Below are positions 1-8,156 of a stretch of DNA of 64,000 nucleotides, one piece after another; within the stretch, counting starts at the first letter, position 1; every line of letters begins with the position of its first letter. Made by a program: the position numbers and the translations under genes. The notes beneath the pieces were generated by a model, which was not told the origin of the DNA, searched no databases, and saw only the letters and a program-made list of their open reading frames with translations. Source of the DNA: Parcubacteria group bacterium Gr01-1014_8 (GTDB lineage Bacteria > Patescibacteriota > Minisyncoccia > Phycocordibacterales > UBA2100); NCBI GenBank assembly GCA_007376385.1, contig VMGC01000001.1:1-64000 (forward strand). The letters are read 5' to 3'.

Positions 1-119
1 CTCGTACAGCCACAACCATCCTTTCGTGCCTCTGAATATGTTGAATTGCCTCATTCTCCCCTAGTTAGAGGAGTGCCAAATGTATCTGAACTTATTCAGA
101 TATCAGGCTCAAATGGAAA

Positions 120-536
120 TTAATTCACGACCACGCTCTTTGGCATCCGCGCGGCGAAGCACCCGGCGATAAACGCGAGCAACCACGCTATATAGAAGAG
201 GGCGGTGATAGCCGGCAAGGCCAAGGTCTCTGCAGGTTGCCCGACAACTGCCGATAATGTCATAAGGCTTTTGAACGCAAACCATACAAGGATGATAGTG
301 AACAGAATAATGCCTATGGTTCGGCCTGTTTTGAATGTCGGCTCGATGTGACGAGACTTCAGAAACTTTGACGCGACGAAATACGTTGCAGCAACGCTTA
401 CACCGAGCATGAGAAGCACACTCGCGTAAACTTTTCCTAATCCAAACGTGGAAAGTGCGGAAATAAGCCCTGCCGCTGTAAATAGGATTCCTATACTTAC
501 GATGCCTTTCCTGATGTAGCGCGTGTTTGTCGGCAT
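120..536 (-). CDS. hypothetical integral membrane protein (about 4 TM helices)
   Basis: 138-aa ORF with several long hydrophobic stretches (IGILFTAAGLISAL, VLLMLGVSVAATYFV, IGIILFTIILVWFAF, AITALFYIAWLLAFIAG). No recognisable catalytic motif. Confidence 0.45.
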   Translation of the reverse strand: MPTNTRYIRKGIVSIGILFTAAGLISALSTFGLGKVYASVLLMLGVSVAATYFVASKFLKSRHIEPTFKTGRTIGIILFTIILVWFAFKSLMTLSAVVGQPAETLALPAITALFYIAWLLAFIAGCFAARMPKSVVVN

Positions 537-688
537 AACGGTCAGTATAACTGGCGCGCGTGAGCGTCTGTACAGTTGTGTGGACAGATTCTTCTCATGT
601 TTCGAGCCATCGTTCTGTCATTTCCACCCATCCACACAAAAAGCGCCCTCCTTCCCCGCTCTATAGCCTACAATAGAAGAAATCTTGC

Positions 689-2155
689 ATGCAGCCCCTC
701 CCCGACGAATCGTTCGACAAGCCAGCCCTGATGTTCACGGCCAAATTCGTTTTGGGCGTCGCACTTTTAGTGAGCGTCGCGCACTGGGGTACCGCGTTCG
801 GAGCGGAAGCAGTCATTGCCGTCGCGTTTCGGGAAGTGCCGGATATCGAGCAGCAAATAGAGGAGGTGAAAGTATTGCGTGAGCTTCGTTCGTACGGCGA
901 AGTGCGCCTCTTGGAGAAAATGGAGGAATACAAGAGCACGCTTGCCTCCCGCGTCATCGGCAGCACATCCATTGATTCGCTGGTATCGGATGGCAAGTTT
1001 ATCGGTGCGGACCTCTCTGCAATGAAATTGTATTTATTCGAGGACGGACACGCGATAGCAGAGTACGACATCCAGTCAAAAGGAAAACGTGGAAGCCGTT
1101 GGGAAACGCCGACCGGCCTCTATGAAATTCAGACAAAAGAAGAAGACCATTTTTCATCTATCGGCGAAGTACATATGCCAAAAGCGATGCAGTTCTTCGG
1201 AAATTTTTTCATCCACGGCTGGCCATTCTATCCTGACGGCACTCCTGTCTCGGAAGGATATTCAGGGGGCTGCATCCGACTTTTGACTGACGACGCTACA
1301 GAGGTATTTGAATTCGCTGAGTACAGAACGCCGATTTTCGTGTGGGAAGATGATTCATCCGTAAACGCAGAGGGGAGCGCATCATCAACTGCTATTTCAC
1401 TCGGCGAAAAGGCTCTACCGAAAGTTTCCGCGAATGCATTCCTCGTTGCAGATATTAAAACCGGCGAAGTATACGCAGAACACAACGCGGACACAGTTCT
1501 GCCGATTGCATCCATATCAAAATTGATGACGGCGCTCGTTGCGAATGAAACAATTCATTACGACAGAAAATTGGCCGTGACAGCAGACGATAGAAAACAA
1601 ACGGAGGGGACGCCCGGCTCCATCCTATCCGGCGATGAATTCACCGTCGGCGATCTGATTTACGCGCTTCTCATGGAATCGAACAACTCTGTCGCCTACG
1701 CGCTTGCGAGATATAATGGTGCGAACAATTTCTTAGATTTGATGAATGAAAAAGCGCGCGCGATAGGAATGACGCAAACGAATTTCGACGACCCGTCCGG
1801 CATCTCCACAAATAATCGCGCAACAGTCAACGACTTGTTCGTCCTCACCAGATACATCTTCAACAGCCAATCTTTCATTCTGAATGTCAGCAAGGAGAAA
1901 GGAAAAACAATTCTCGCCGAAAGTGGACGAAAATATTCGCTTGGTAATTTCAATGTGTTCGCAGATAATCCTAAATTTCTAGGCGGAAAGACCGGCTACA
2001 CCGATGCGGCCCGCGAAACAATGACAACGGTGTGGGATGTATCCGTGGATGGCCAACCAGCGACCGTCGCCATCATCGTCCTTGGTTCGAGCGATAGAAA
2101 AAAAGATGTGGAAAAATTGCTCGCGTGGTTTAAAGCATCCGCAACAACCGAGTGA
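689..2155 (+). CDS. fusion protein: N-terminal L,D-transpeptidase (YkuD-like) + C-terminal serine-type D-Ala-D-Ala carboxypeptidase (PBP5/S11-like)
   Basis: N-terminal half: HGWPFYPDGTPVSEGYSGGCIRL, the YkuD His ... (S/T)xGC(I/V)R catalytic signature. C-terminal half: SISK (SxxK), SNN (SxN) and KTGYT (KTG) penicillin-binding motifs in canonical order. Hydrophobic N-terminal anchor. True start may be the internal Met near 731. Confidence 0.8.
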   Translation: MQPLPDESFDKPALMFTAKFVLGVALLVSVAHWGTAFGAEAVIAVAFREVPDIEQQIEEVKVLRELRSYGEVRLLEKMEEYKSTLASRVIGSTSIDSLVSDGKFIGADLSAMKLYLFEDGHAIAEYDIQSKGKRGSRWETPTGLYEIQTKEEDHFSSIGEVHMPKAMQFFGNFFIHGWPFYPDGTPVSEGYSGGCIRLLTDDATEVFEFAEYRTPIFVWEDDSSVNAEGSASSTAISLGEKALPKVSANAFLVADIKTGEVYAEHNADTVLPIASISKLMTALVANETIHYDRKLAVTADDRKQTEGTPGSILSGDEFTVGDLIYALLMESNNSVAYALARYNGANNFLDLMNEKARAIGMTQTNFDDPSGISTNNRATVNDLFVLTRYIFNSQSFILNVSKEKGKTILAESGRKYSLGNFNVFADNPKFLGGKTGYTDAARETMTTVWDVSVDGQPATVAIIVLGSSDRKKDVEKLLAWFKASATTE

Positions 2156-2159
2156 AAAA

Positions 2160-2861
2160 TCACTGCGCGGAGACGTCAATCGTTATGTCGTACGGAACGG
2201 ATGTTTGCCCGACTGTGACAGGACACGCAAAGCCCGCGCTAAAGAGATTGCAGTATTTTACTCCGCCATCATCCACGATAACGCTATAAGAACCCGCGGG
2301 GACCGTAATGGAATATGCCCCGTCGGAGCCCGAAACCGTACTCGCAATCGGAGACGAGTACTGATTCGCCTGATACTGTCCAAACGTCACCGGCGAATAA
2401 ATATAAACCGTACGCACAACAGGCGTCATCATGCAATTTCCTCCCGCCCCCGGCATGCAATTCCCGGTGCGCTTCGTGACTGTGCCATACAATTTCGGAT
2501 TCGAGCTGGTGGGACCCATGGCCGTTATCGTCACGGTGCCGACGACAGTAGGCTCGATCCATACCGGCGGAGGAGGCGGGCAATTGCCGTCCTCGGGACA
2601 AGCATATGCGTACCTCAATAGTTTCGCCGTGTAGATTCCGGCAGTCTAATATGAATGGAGTGTATACATCAAGGCGGCCTTTCCTCCTGTGCAATTGTAG
2701 TCCTCCGGTATGCATGAGTATCCGTCGCGAGTCATCTTCTCGGTCGTCCCATCGCCGAAATCAACATAATAGGCGTTCACCGACTCCGAAAACGAGAGAG
2801 GCGAGCGGAATATCACGCTAAGTGGCACGGCGCCTGAGAGCGGGCTCGCGCTCAGATTCAC
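2160..2861 (-). pseudogene. PKD-motif secreted protein gene interrupted by a single in-frame TAG (two ORFs 2646..2861 and 2160..2618 in the same frame)
   Basis: Upstream part carries YYVDFGDGTT, the same PKD-type FGDG(S/T) signature as the neighbouring giant proteins. The frame continues with no other stop through 9 codons into a 152-aa ORF that only starts at a TTG. TAG is a genuine stop in this genome (rpsG ends in TAG). Confidence 0.5.
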
Positions 2862-2916
2862 GCTCCCGGTTTCAGGACGGCGCGATTACCTCAAGTACAG
2901 AGAACAGGCACGAGCG

Positions 2917-3111
2917 ATGATCGATGAACGGGTGAATTATTGGAATCAGTTCTACGATTTTCGATTCGGCCGGATTGCAATAAAGCATACGCGACGCACC
3001 TGGGGAAGCTGCTCTCGGAAGGGGAATTTGAACTTTTCATACTCTTTGCTCTTTTTACCCAAGCCTCTTGCGGATTACATTGTCGTGCATGATATTGTGT
3101 CATTTAATTGA
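2917..3111 (+). pseudogene. remnant of a DUF45/YgjP-like (WLM-type) metal-dependent hydrolase gene
   Basis: 64-aa ORF ...IKHTRRTWGSCSRKGNLNFSYSLLFLPKPLADYIVVHDIVSFN* matches the conserved R-WGSCS-x-G-I-x-N ... DYV(I/V)VHELCHL core of YgjP/DUF45. It lacks the ~120 aa that normally precede the core and terminates inside the HExxH motif. Confidence 0.5.
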
Positions 3112-3224
3112 GCAAAATCACAAGGCAAGCTTTTGGGAACTTGTCGCCAAAACGCTGCCAAATCATCAAGAGTTGAGACGCGAATTACGCAGGTATCTCC
3201 CGAGCAATTAGTTTTCTACTTCCG

Positions 3225-5162
3225 TTATATTCCCAAGAGCTTACTGAACGTTACGATAACCGCTGCGAGGAAACTAATTGGATTAAGACTTGATTGCGGC
3301 GGAGGCGGTGGAGGGTTTTCAGGAGGCGGTGGAGGAGGAGATTCACCTTGTGGTGGTGGAGGAGCAGACCCATCTCCCGGAGGCATTCCCTCGCCGGGCA
3401 TGCCGCTTGGAGGCGGACCTTGGAATTGGCCTTCATACATACCTGGAGGAGGCATCATATGTTCACCCGGCACTCCTTGTCCTCCCATATATTCACCTGG
3501 CGGCATTTCTGGATTGCCTTGCATGTACTTTTCCTGCATCTCGTTATATTTCTGCATGTTCATTTCGTATACACGACGCTCTTCTTCGCTCGCTCCGGGT
3601 CCCGGTGGTTGCGGCATCATCCTCTGGCCTTCTGGCCCACCTGGCCCCGTGCCCCAGAATCCTTGCTCTACGTGCATTCCGCATGATTCCGGATTCTCGC
3701 GGCATTCTTCCTGCATTTTTTTGCACTCTTCATCGGAGGAGCACAGGCGCTGTCCCGGAGGTATTTCAAATCCCCGCCGCTCTATTGCTCTATCCTGGCC
3801 AAAATCGCGGCACAAATCGGGATGTTCTTTACACACAGCCTCGCATTCCTCTCGCGATCTGCATCCGCCGGGGCCGCCCTGGCCGGGCACGCCCATCCCA
3901 GCTCGACCCTCAAAACCACCCGGCGGAAACGGTCCACCTTCCGGCCCACGCATCATCCCGTGCTCTTTTGCGAACTCCATGCACGTTTCCCGATTATCGG
4001 GATTCTCGCAGAACGTTCGACATTCTTCCCCCTTGCATCCGCCTGGACCCCCCATGTTCATAAATCCGCGGCTTCTTTCCGCATCTTCTTTGGACATAAA
4101 TCCATTTTCGACGGCGAACGCCACGCATTCCTCGTGGTGAGACTCATCTTCGCAGTACGTTCTACATTCTTCGCCCTTACATCCTCCGGGACCTGATTTT
4201 CCCATAAAGTTCTTGGCGCGCTCCGCTTCCTCGGCAGTCATAAACCCGTTCTCGACGGCAAATGCTATACACTCCTCTTGATGCGTCGGCTCTTCGCAGT
4301 ATGTTCTGCATGCCTCGCCAATGCATCCTCCCGGCCCGGGCTTTCCGGCAAATTTCTTCGCATGCTCGAATTCCTCATCTGACATCATGCCGTTTTCGTG
4401 AGCGAATGCGATGCACTCTTCCATGTGGCCCGGTTTATCGCAGTATGTTTTACATGCCTGACCCACACAACCTCCGGGGCCAGATTTGCCCGCGAATTTC
4501 TTCGCGCGTTCGGCTTCATCAGCACTCATGAATCCGTTTTCGACCGCGAATTGTATGCACTCTTCGGCATGAGCGGGATCCTCGCAGTAGCGTTTGCACT
4601 CCTCTCCGCGGCATCCGCCCGGTCCGGGCTTATTGCCCATTTTTCGCGCTCGCTCCGCGTCTTCTTTTGATATGAATCCGTTCTCTTCGGCAAACGTGAT
4701 GCACTCTTCGGCATGAGCGGGATCCTCGCAATACGTTTTACATTCGATACCGCGACATCCTCCCGGTCCCGGCTTGCCCGCAAGTTTGATGGCTCGCTCG
4801 GCGTCCTCTTCGTCTATGAGTCCGTTTTCTCTCGCGAAGGCTATGCATTCCTCTACGTGTTCCTCCGCTTCGCAATAGGTTTTGCACTCGCTTGGCCCGA
4901 TGCACCCTCCAGGCCCAGGCTTATCTCCGAGCTTACGCGCGATTTCGATATCCTCTTCGCTCATCAATCCGTGCTCTTCCGCGAAAAGAAAACACGCCTC
5001 GCGATTTTCAGGAACCTCGCAGAACGCTTGGCATGCACTCTTTGATTCGCAATTACCTAATTCTTCGATGGGGAAGGTTATAGTATCTTCCTGCGCGAAT
5101 GTTACCGCCGCAATCCCAAGAATTATCAACGGGAGGGCGACAAAGAGAATTTTCTTCGACAT
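3225..5162 (-). CDS. secreted cysteine-rich tandem-repeat protein (about 10 C-x5-C-x3-C-x8-C + His modules) with Met/Pro/Gly-rich low-complexity region and C-terminal hydrophobic segment
   Basis: 645-aa ORF with N-terminal signal peptide MSKKILFVALPLIILGIAAVTFAQE. Repeats of about 45 aa: GKPGPGGC-G-EC(K/R)TYCE-P-H-EECIAFA-ENGFMS-EDAERAKKFA. The rest is rich in MxxM / PPG motifs and ends PPPPPP-QSSLNPISFLAAVIVTFSKLLGI*. Confidence 0.8.
   Translation of the reverse strand: MSKKILFVALPLIILGIAAVTFAQEDTITFPIEELGNCESKSACQAFCEVPENREACFLFAEEHGLMSEEDIEIARKLGDKPGPGGCIGPSECKTYCEAEEHVEECIAFARENGLIDEEDAERAIKLAGKPGPGGCRGIECKTYCEDPAHAEECITFAEENGFISKEDAERARKMGNKPGPGGCRGEECKRYCEDPAHAEECIQFAVENGFMSADEAERAKKFAGKSGPGGCVGQACKTYCDKPGHMEECIAFAHENGMMSDEEFEHAKKFAGKPGPGGCIGEACRTYCEEPTHQEECIAFAVENGFMTAEEAERAKNFMGKSGPGGCKGEECRTYCEDESHHEECVAFAVENGFMSKEDAERSRGFMNMGGPGGCKGEECRTFCENPDNRETCMEFAKEHGMMRGPEGGPFPPGGFEGRAGMGVPGQGGPGGCRSREECEAVCKEHPDLCRDFGQDRAIERRGFEIPPGQRLCSSDEECKKMQEECRENPESCGMHVEQGFWGTGPGGPEGQRMMPQPPGPGASEEERRVYEMNMQKYNEMQEKYMQGNPEMPPGEYMGGQGVPGEHMMPPPGMYEGQFQGPPPSGMPGEGMPPGDGSAPPPPQGESPPPPPPENPPPPPPQSSLNPISFLAAVIVTFSKLLGI
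3917..4997. repeat. in-gene tandem repeat array, about 135-bp period, about 8 copies (encodes the Cys4 modules)
   Basis: Protein-level periodicity of about 45 aa with near-identical blocks. The antisense strand consequently carries long spurious ORFs (3133..4140, 3290..4063). Confidence 0.7.
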
Positions 5163-5163
5163 A

Positions 5164-5400
5164 TCAGTCGAAAGGATTCAGCTTCACATCCTCGTACGGA
5201 TTTGTTTTAACGTTTTCAAGCGGATTCGTTTCCACTTCGGCGTATGGATTCACCGCCGCTTGCGCCTCTTCCGTGTCATGAGCTTTCAGAGCGCCTTCCC
5301 ATCCGACATCGTAGCCGAAGTAGTATCCTGCTGCGCCTCCGAGGAGCGCTCCGACGACGAGTCCGGCGAGCGGGGCGACAAAGTTTGCGTGTAGTTGCAT
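5164..5400 (-). CDS. small membrane protein with glycine-zipper TM helix and NP(Y/L/F)xxV(E/K)T tandem motifs; co-operonic with the Cys-rich repeat protein
   Basis: 78 aa: PLAGLVVGALLGGAAGYYFG (TM, GxxxG), then NPYAEVETNPLENVKTNPYEDVKLNPFD. Its stop lies 2 nt from the start codon of the downstream gene on the same strand. Confidence 0.55.
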   Translation of the reverse strand: MQLHANFVAPLAGLVVGALLGGAAGYYFGYDVGWEGALKAHDTEEAQAAVNPYAEVETNPLENVKTNPYEDVKLNPFD

Positions 5401-5547
5401 AAAAAATATTGTAGCTTGTAAGTTGCCGTTAAGTATATACGTATTTCAATGGTTTTTTACGGACCCTGTGCATGGTGCAGGGCGTATCCCCTTGAGGCAT
5501 GATGTCGCGATACAATAAGGACATGAATGGCCGGGCGTTTGGCATCA

Positions 5548-5640
5548 GGGGTAAGCGGGTAAACGTAAGCGGTGTCAGGTAAACGGTAAACGAGTAAACG
5601 GGGTAAACGAACGGTGAGCGAACGGTGTCAGGTACCGTTT
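5548..5640. repeat. cluster of short direct repeats (GTAAACG x5, GTAAGCG x2, CGGTGTCAGGTA x2) in an intergenic region
   Basis: Read directly: ggtaagcgggtaaacgtaagcggtgtcaggtaaacggtaaacgagtaaacggggtaaacgaacggtgagcgaacggtgtcaggtaccg. It lies between the stop of gene 5672..7495 and the start of gene 5164..5400 (both minus strand). Confidence 0.6.
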
Positions 5641-5671
5641 TCCTGGATGTGTATGGGACACAGCTGTTACC

Positions 5672-7495
5672 CTACTGCCCCAGCAATTGGAGGATCGCTT
5701 TGAGTGCGGATTCGAGTGCGGTGAGGGCGGAGGCGAGTTGGGAATTCTTCGTGGCGGAGGCGGTGCCGCTGGTGACCGTGAACAGAAGCTCGGCGCTCGC
5801 AATTTCGGTATAGCTTGAGTTCAAGAGCCGCACCCAGAGTTTGTGGTTCCCCGGTGGGAGCGATGTGGGAAGCGTATAGGTATATGCTCCCGATGTCGCA
5901 AGGCCGGTCGCAAATGCATGCGATCCGCCGCTCTCCCAACGTATCCAGAGTGCGACTACGGCGCCGCTTGGAGCGTTTGCGCTTGTCCATGCGATGTTCA
6001 GCGTACCTCCGACTGCAACGCTCGTGCCTGTCTGCGGAGAGGTGATGGTGACGGTGGGCCCTGCAGTCGTACCGCTCGTGACCGTGATCGTTGCGGTGGC
6101 GCGGGTGGTTCCGTCAAGGACAAATTTTGCGGTATATGTTCCAGCGGTTGAGTAGATATGGTACTTTCCACCTCGACAATCGGTCAAATTAGAGCAATTC
6201 CCACTATCAACCTTTGTAGTTGAGCCATCACCAAAATCAAGAGTGCCGTTGAAGATGGAAGCTGGGCCAAACACGTAGACTAGCGCGTTTAGTGGTGCTA
6301 TGCCCGATGAGGGAGTTGCAGTGACAGTATAATTTTCCGTGCCAGTGCTCGTCGTACAGTTCGCATACTGATAGTTCGCGTCTCCTGAGAAAGTACCGTT
6401 AGTGCACGTTCGAGATTGCGATATTGATGAGCAGTTGGCATGCGTGCGAGATGAGTAGAAGGGGTGCGACAGGCCGTGTGGTTTCGTGATGCCGTCGAGT
6501 GTGCAGGAAGCTGCGCCTGGAGCACTTGGTACCCATGTACCGTTTTGACAGATGCCGGGGATGCAGTATGCGGTTCCTGTCGGCATTGGAATACAGGAAT
6601 GATGAGATCCATGGGGGTAGGTTTGACCGTTTGCGATGCATGAGTTGTTCGTATCGGTGGTACTTGCAGCTTGCACGATGCAACGTTCGTATTGGTAGCT
6701 TCCGGATAGAGTGCCGTTCGTGCACATGCGGCTTTCCGAGAGACACTGCTGGCCGCTTGATGCTGTTGCGGATTGGTAGGCGGTGATGGACTCGCCGTCT
6801 TTGACTTCTTTGTTGTTGAACCAGCAGGAGGCATTGGTGGTTGTTTGCGGAGTGACTGTGACAGTCGTATTGCACGTTGCGGCGCCTCCTTGTCCCCAGA
6901 AGGCGCCAGTATAAGTGGTGGTCTGCAGCGGAGAGATTGTTCGCGATCCGGAAGTATCCACCGACCCAATCGAGATAATAAGTCCCTGTGTCGCATTTGT
7001 GCTTGACCAGGTGAGCGTCGATGATTGACCGAGGGTGATCGACGAGGGGTTGGCGTTCAGGGTGCACGTGGGAGCTGGGGGAGGATTTGTGGGGGGCGGA
7101 GGTGGCGTAGTCGCGCCGCATGCCTGTTTGATCGCGGCTCTCGTCAAGGGGCCGACTCTGCCGGTTGTGGGGACGTCGTAGTCGCTTTGGAACTGCGTGA
7201 CGTAGTTCTTGGTTTTGTTCCCGAAGAAGCCGGACATCCAGAGGCCGAGCGGGTTATGGAAGTAGTCCATGAGGAAGTGCTGGAGCTGTGAGACCTGGTC
7301 GCCTGTTACGTGGCGGGCGCAGTCGCTATCCGCAATGTTCTCATCGCAGCTGCCATACCACATGTCTTGCGTGAGGGTGGGGCAAAATGGTGTGCCTCCC
7401 GTCTGCGCCGAGGCTACGGTTGGGAGGGAGGCGAGGGTGGGGACTAGGAGAGCGACGAGACCTAAGGAGATAAATAGCTTGCGCATGGGAGCCAT
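5672..7495 (-). CDS. large secreted cell-wall-binding protein: signal peptide, PG_binding_1-like domain, 4-Cys modules, PKD-type module, conserved C-terminal tail ...LTALESALKAILQLLGQ
   Basis: Signal peptide MRKLFISLGLVALLVPTLASLPTVASA. VSQLQHFL ... GFFGNKTKNYVTQFQ ... GRVGPLTRAAI matches the peptidoglycan-binding domain. LDFGDGSTTKVD ... GKYHIYSTAGTYTAKF is PKD-like. Repeated C ... HG ... C ... RxC(T/N)NGT(L/F)SG ... YQYxxC modules. Confidence 0.85.
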   Translation of the reverse strand: MAPMRKLFISLGLVALLVPTLASLPTVASAQTGGTPFCPTLTQDMWYGSCDENIADSDCARHVTGDQVSQLQHFLMDYFHNPLGLWMSGFFGNKTKNYVTQFQSDYDVPTTGRVGPLTRAAIKQACGATTPPPPPTNPPPAPTCTLNANPSSITLGQSSTLTWSSTNATQGLIISIGSVDTSGSRTISPLQTTTYTGAFWGQGGAATCNTTVTVTPQTTTNASCWFNNKEVKDGESITAYQSATASSGQQCLSESRMCTNGTLSGSYQYERCIVQAASTTDTNNSCIANGQTYPHGSHHSCIPMPTGTAYCIPGICQNGTWVPSAPGAASCTLDGITKPHGLSHPFYSSRTHANCSSISQSRTCTNGTFSGDANYQYANCTTSTGTENYTVTATPSSGIAPLNALVYVFGPASIFNGTLDFGDGSTTKVDSGNCSNLTDCRGGKYHIYSTAGTYTAKFVLDGTTRATATITVTSGTTAGPTVTITSPQTGTSVAVGGTLNIAWTSANAPSGAVVALWIRWESGGSHAFATGLATSGAYTYTLPTSLPPGNHKLWVRLLNSSYTEIASAELLFTVTSGTASATKNSQLASALTALESALKAILQLLGQ

Positions 7496-7583
7496 GTTAG
7501 CGGATGCATGTACATGATGACATGCGGTCGCTCTGCCAGTTGACGGATGAGGCCGTGGTGTGGATAGATATTCTCGGCATTAT

Positions 7584-7838
7584 CTACCGATATGCATCTT
7601 TCCTATCTCTAATATGTCGTACCAAAACAACATCATTTTTATGATCAAAAAGAATTCGATAGTCACCGACACGTTTTCGATATCCTTGAAACGGTGGTTT
7701 CAATTTCTTAATGCCTCTCTTTTGCAGCGGAAATTCCAAGAGTTCGCGCAAGCCTTCAGAAATACGATTGCGCATCGCTTGTGACAAGCGTAAGAAATCA
7801 TCCTGGGCTCGCTTATACAATATGACTTTAGAAGCCAT
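7584..7838 (-). CDS. type II toxin, RelE/ParE family
   Basis: 84 aa; C-terminal GDYRILFDHKNDVVLVRHIRDRKDAYR is typical of the RelE/ParE fold. Overlaps the upstream antitoxin gene by 11 nt. Confidence 0.8.
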   Translation of the reverse strand: MASKVILYKRAQDDFLRLSQAMRNRISEGLRELLEFPLQKRGIKKLKPPFQGYRKRVGDYRILFDHKNDVVLVRHIRDRKDAYR

Positions 7839-8067
7839 GTCGCTTTAGGAATTTCTCGAGTTCTACACCACGCTCACCTTTCTGCTTCTCGCGCAATTGC
7901 ATCAGTTCAAGTGCATCTTCTAGATCCTCGAGATCTTCTCTATTAATGATGGTCGCGACCGGAATGCCGCCCTTTTCTAGCGTGATTCGCTCCCCCTTAA
8001 GTACACGCCGGATGACGGAGCCGAGATTCACGCGAGCCTGTGTGATGGGCATAGTTGAAGTGGCCAT
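7828..8067 (-). CDS. type II antitoxin, Phd/YefM-like
   Basis: 79 aa; N-terminal ITQARVNLGSVIRRV is typical of the Phd/YefM antitoxin N-terminus. Acidic C-terminus. Translationally coupled to the RelE-like gene. Confidence 0.7.
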   Translation of the reverse strand: MATSTMPITQARVNLGSVIRRVLKGERITLEKGGIPVATIINREDLEDLEDALELMQLREKQKGERGVELEKFLKRHGF

Positions 8068-8074
8068 AGATTGA

Positions 8075-8115
8075 TCATGATTGATTAATACTCATCAATC
8101 ATATGTGATTGCAAC
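8075..8115. promoter_or_regulatory. putative TA-operon operator: inverted repeat TGATTGAT-N9-ATCAATCA with flanking GATTGAT direct repeats
   Basis: Read directly upstream (minus-strand sense) of the antitoxin start at 8067: gattgatcatgattgattaatactcatcaatcatatgtgattg. Confidence 0.45.
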
Positions 8116-8127
8116 ATAGTGTCAAGC

Positions 8128-8150
8128 ACACTGCTGCAAAAAGTTTTGCA
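8128..8150. promoter_or_regulatory. perfect palindrome TGCTGCAAAAA-G-TTTTTGCAGCA
   Basis: Read directly. Lies immediately 3' of the orphan tail stop at 8157 (minus strand). Shares the GCTGCA-A(n) core with the palindrome at 19112..19139. Confidence 0.5.
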
Positions 8151-8156
8151 GCAAAC

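Noticed and set aside
2160-2861. Possibility that TAG is reassigned to a sense codon, given two cases of in-frame TAG (2646 and 8438).
   Set aside because: rpsG (26182) and the conserved tail-bearing genes (5672, 12169) terminate with TAG at the expected conserved C-termini, so TAG functions as a stop. The in-frame TAGs are better explained as nonsense mutations or gene decay.
3133-4140. Long plus-strand ORFs (3133..4140, 3290..4063, 3294..3686) rich in G/P/R.
   Set aside because: They are antisense to the tandem Cys-repeat gene 3225..5162, and their open frames are a by-product of the repetitive GC-rich coding sequence. The minus-strand protein has a signal peptide and coherent repeats.
6298-7121. 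Overlapping ORFs 6298..6996, 6399..7121, 16492..17298, 18206..18727 and similar inside the giant genes.
   Set aside because: These are alternative-frame or antisense ORFs within high-confidence large CDSs. They are low-complexity R/S/A/H-rich translations with no motifs.
7551-7575. DnaA-box-like 9-mers (tgtggatag; gtggataat at about 25330).
   Set aside because: These are single 8/9 matches without clustering or an adjacent AT-rich unwinding element, so they are expected by chance.
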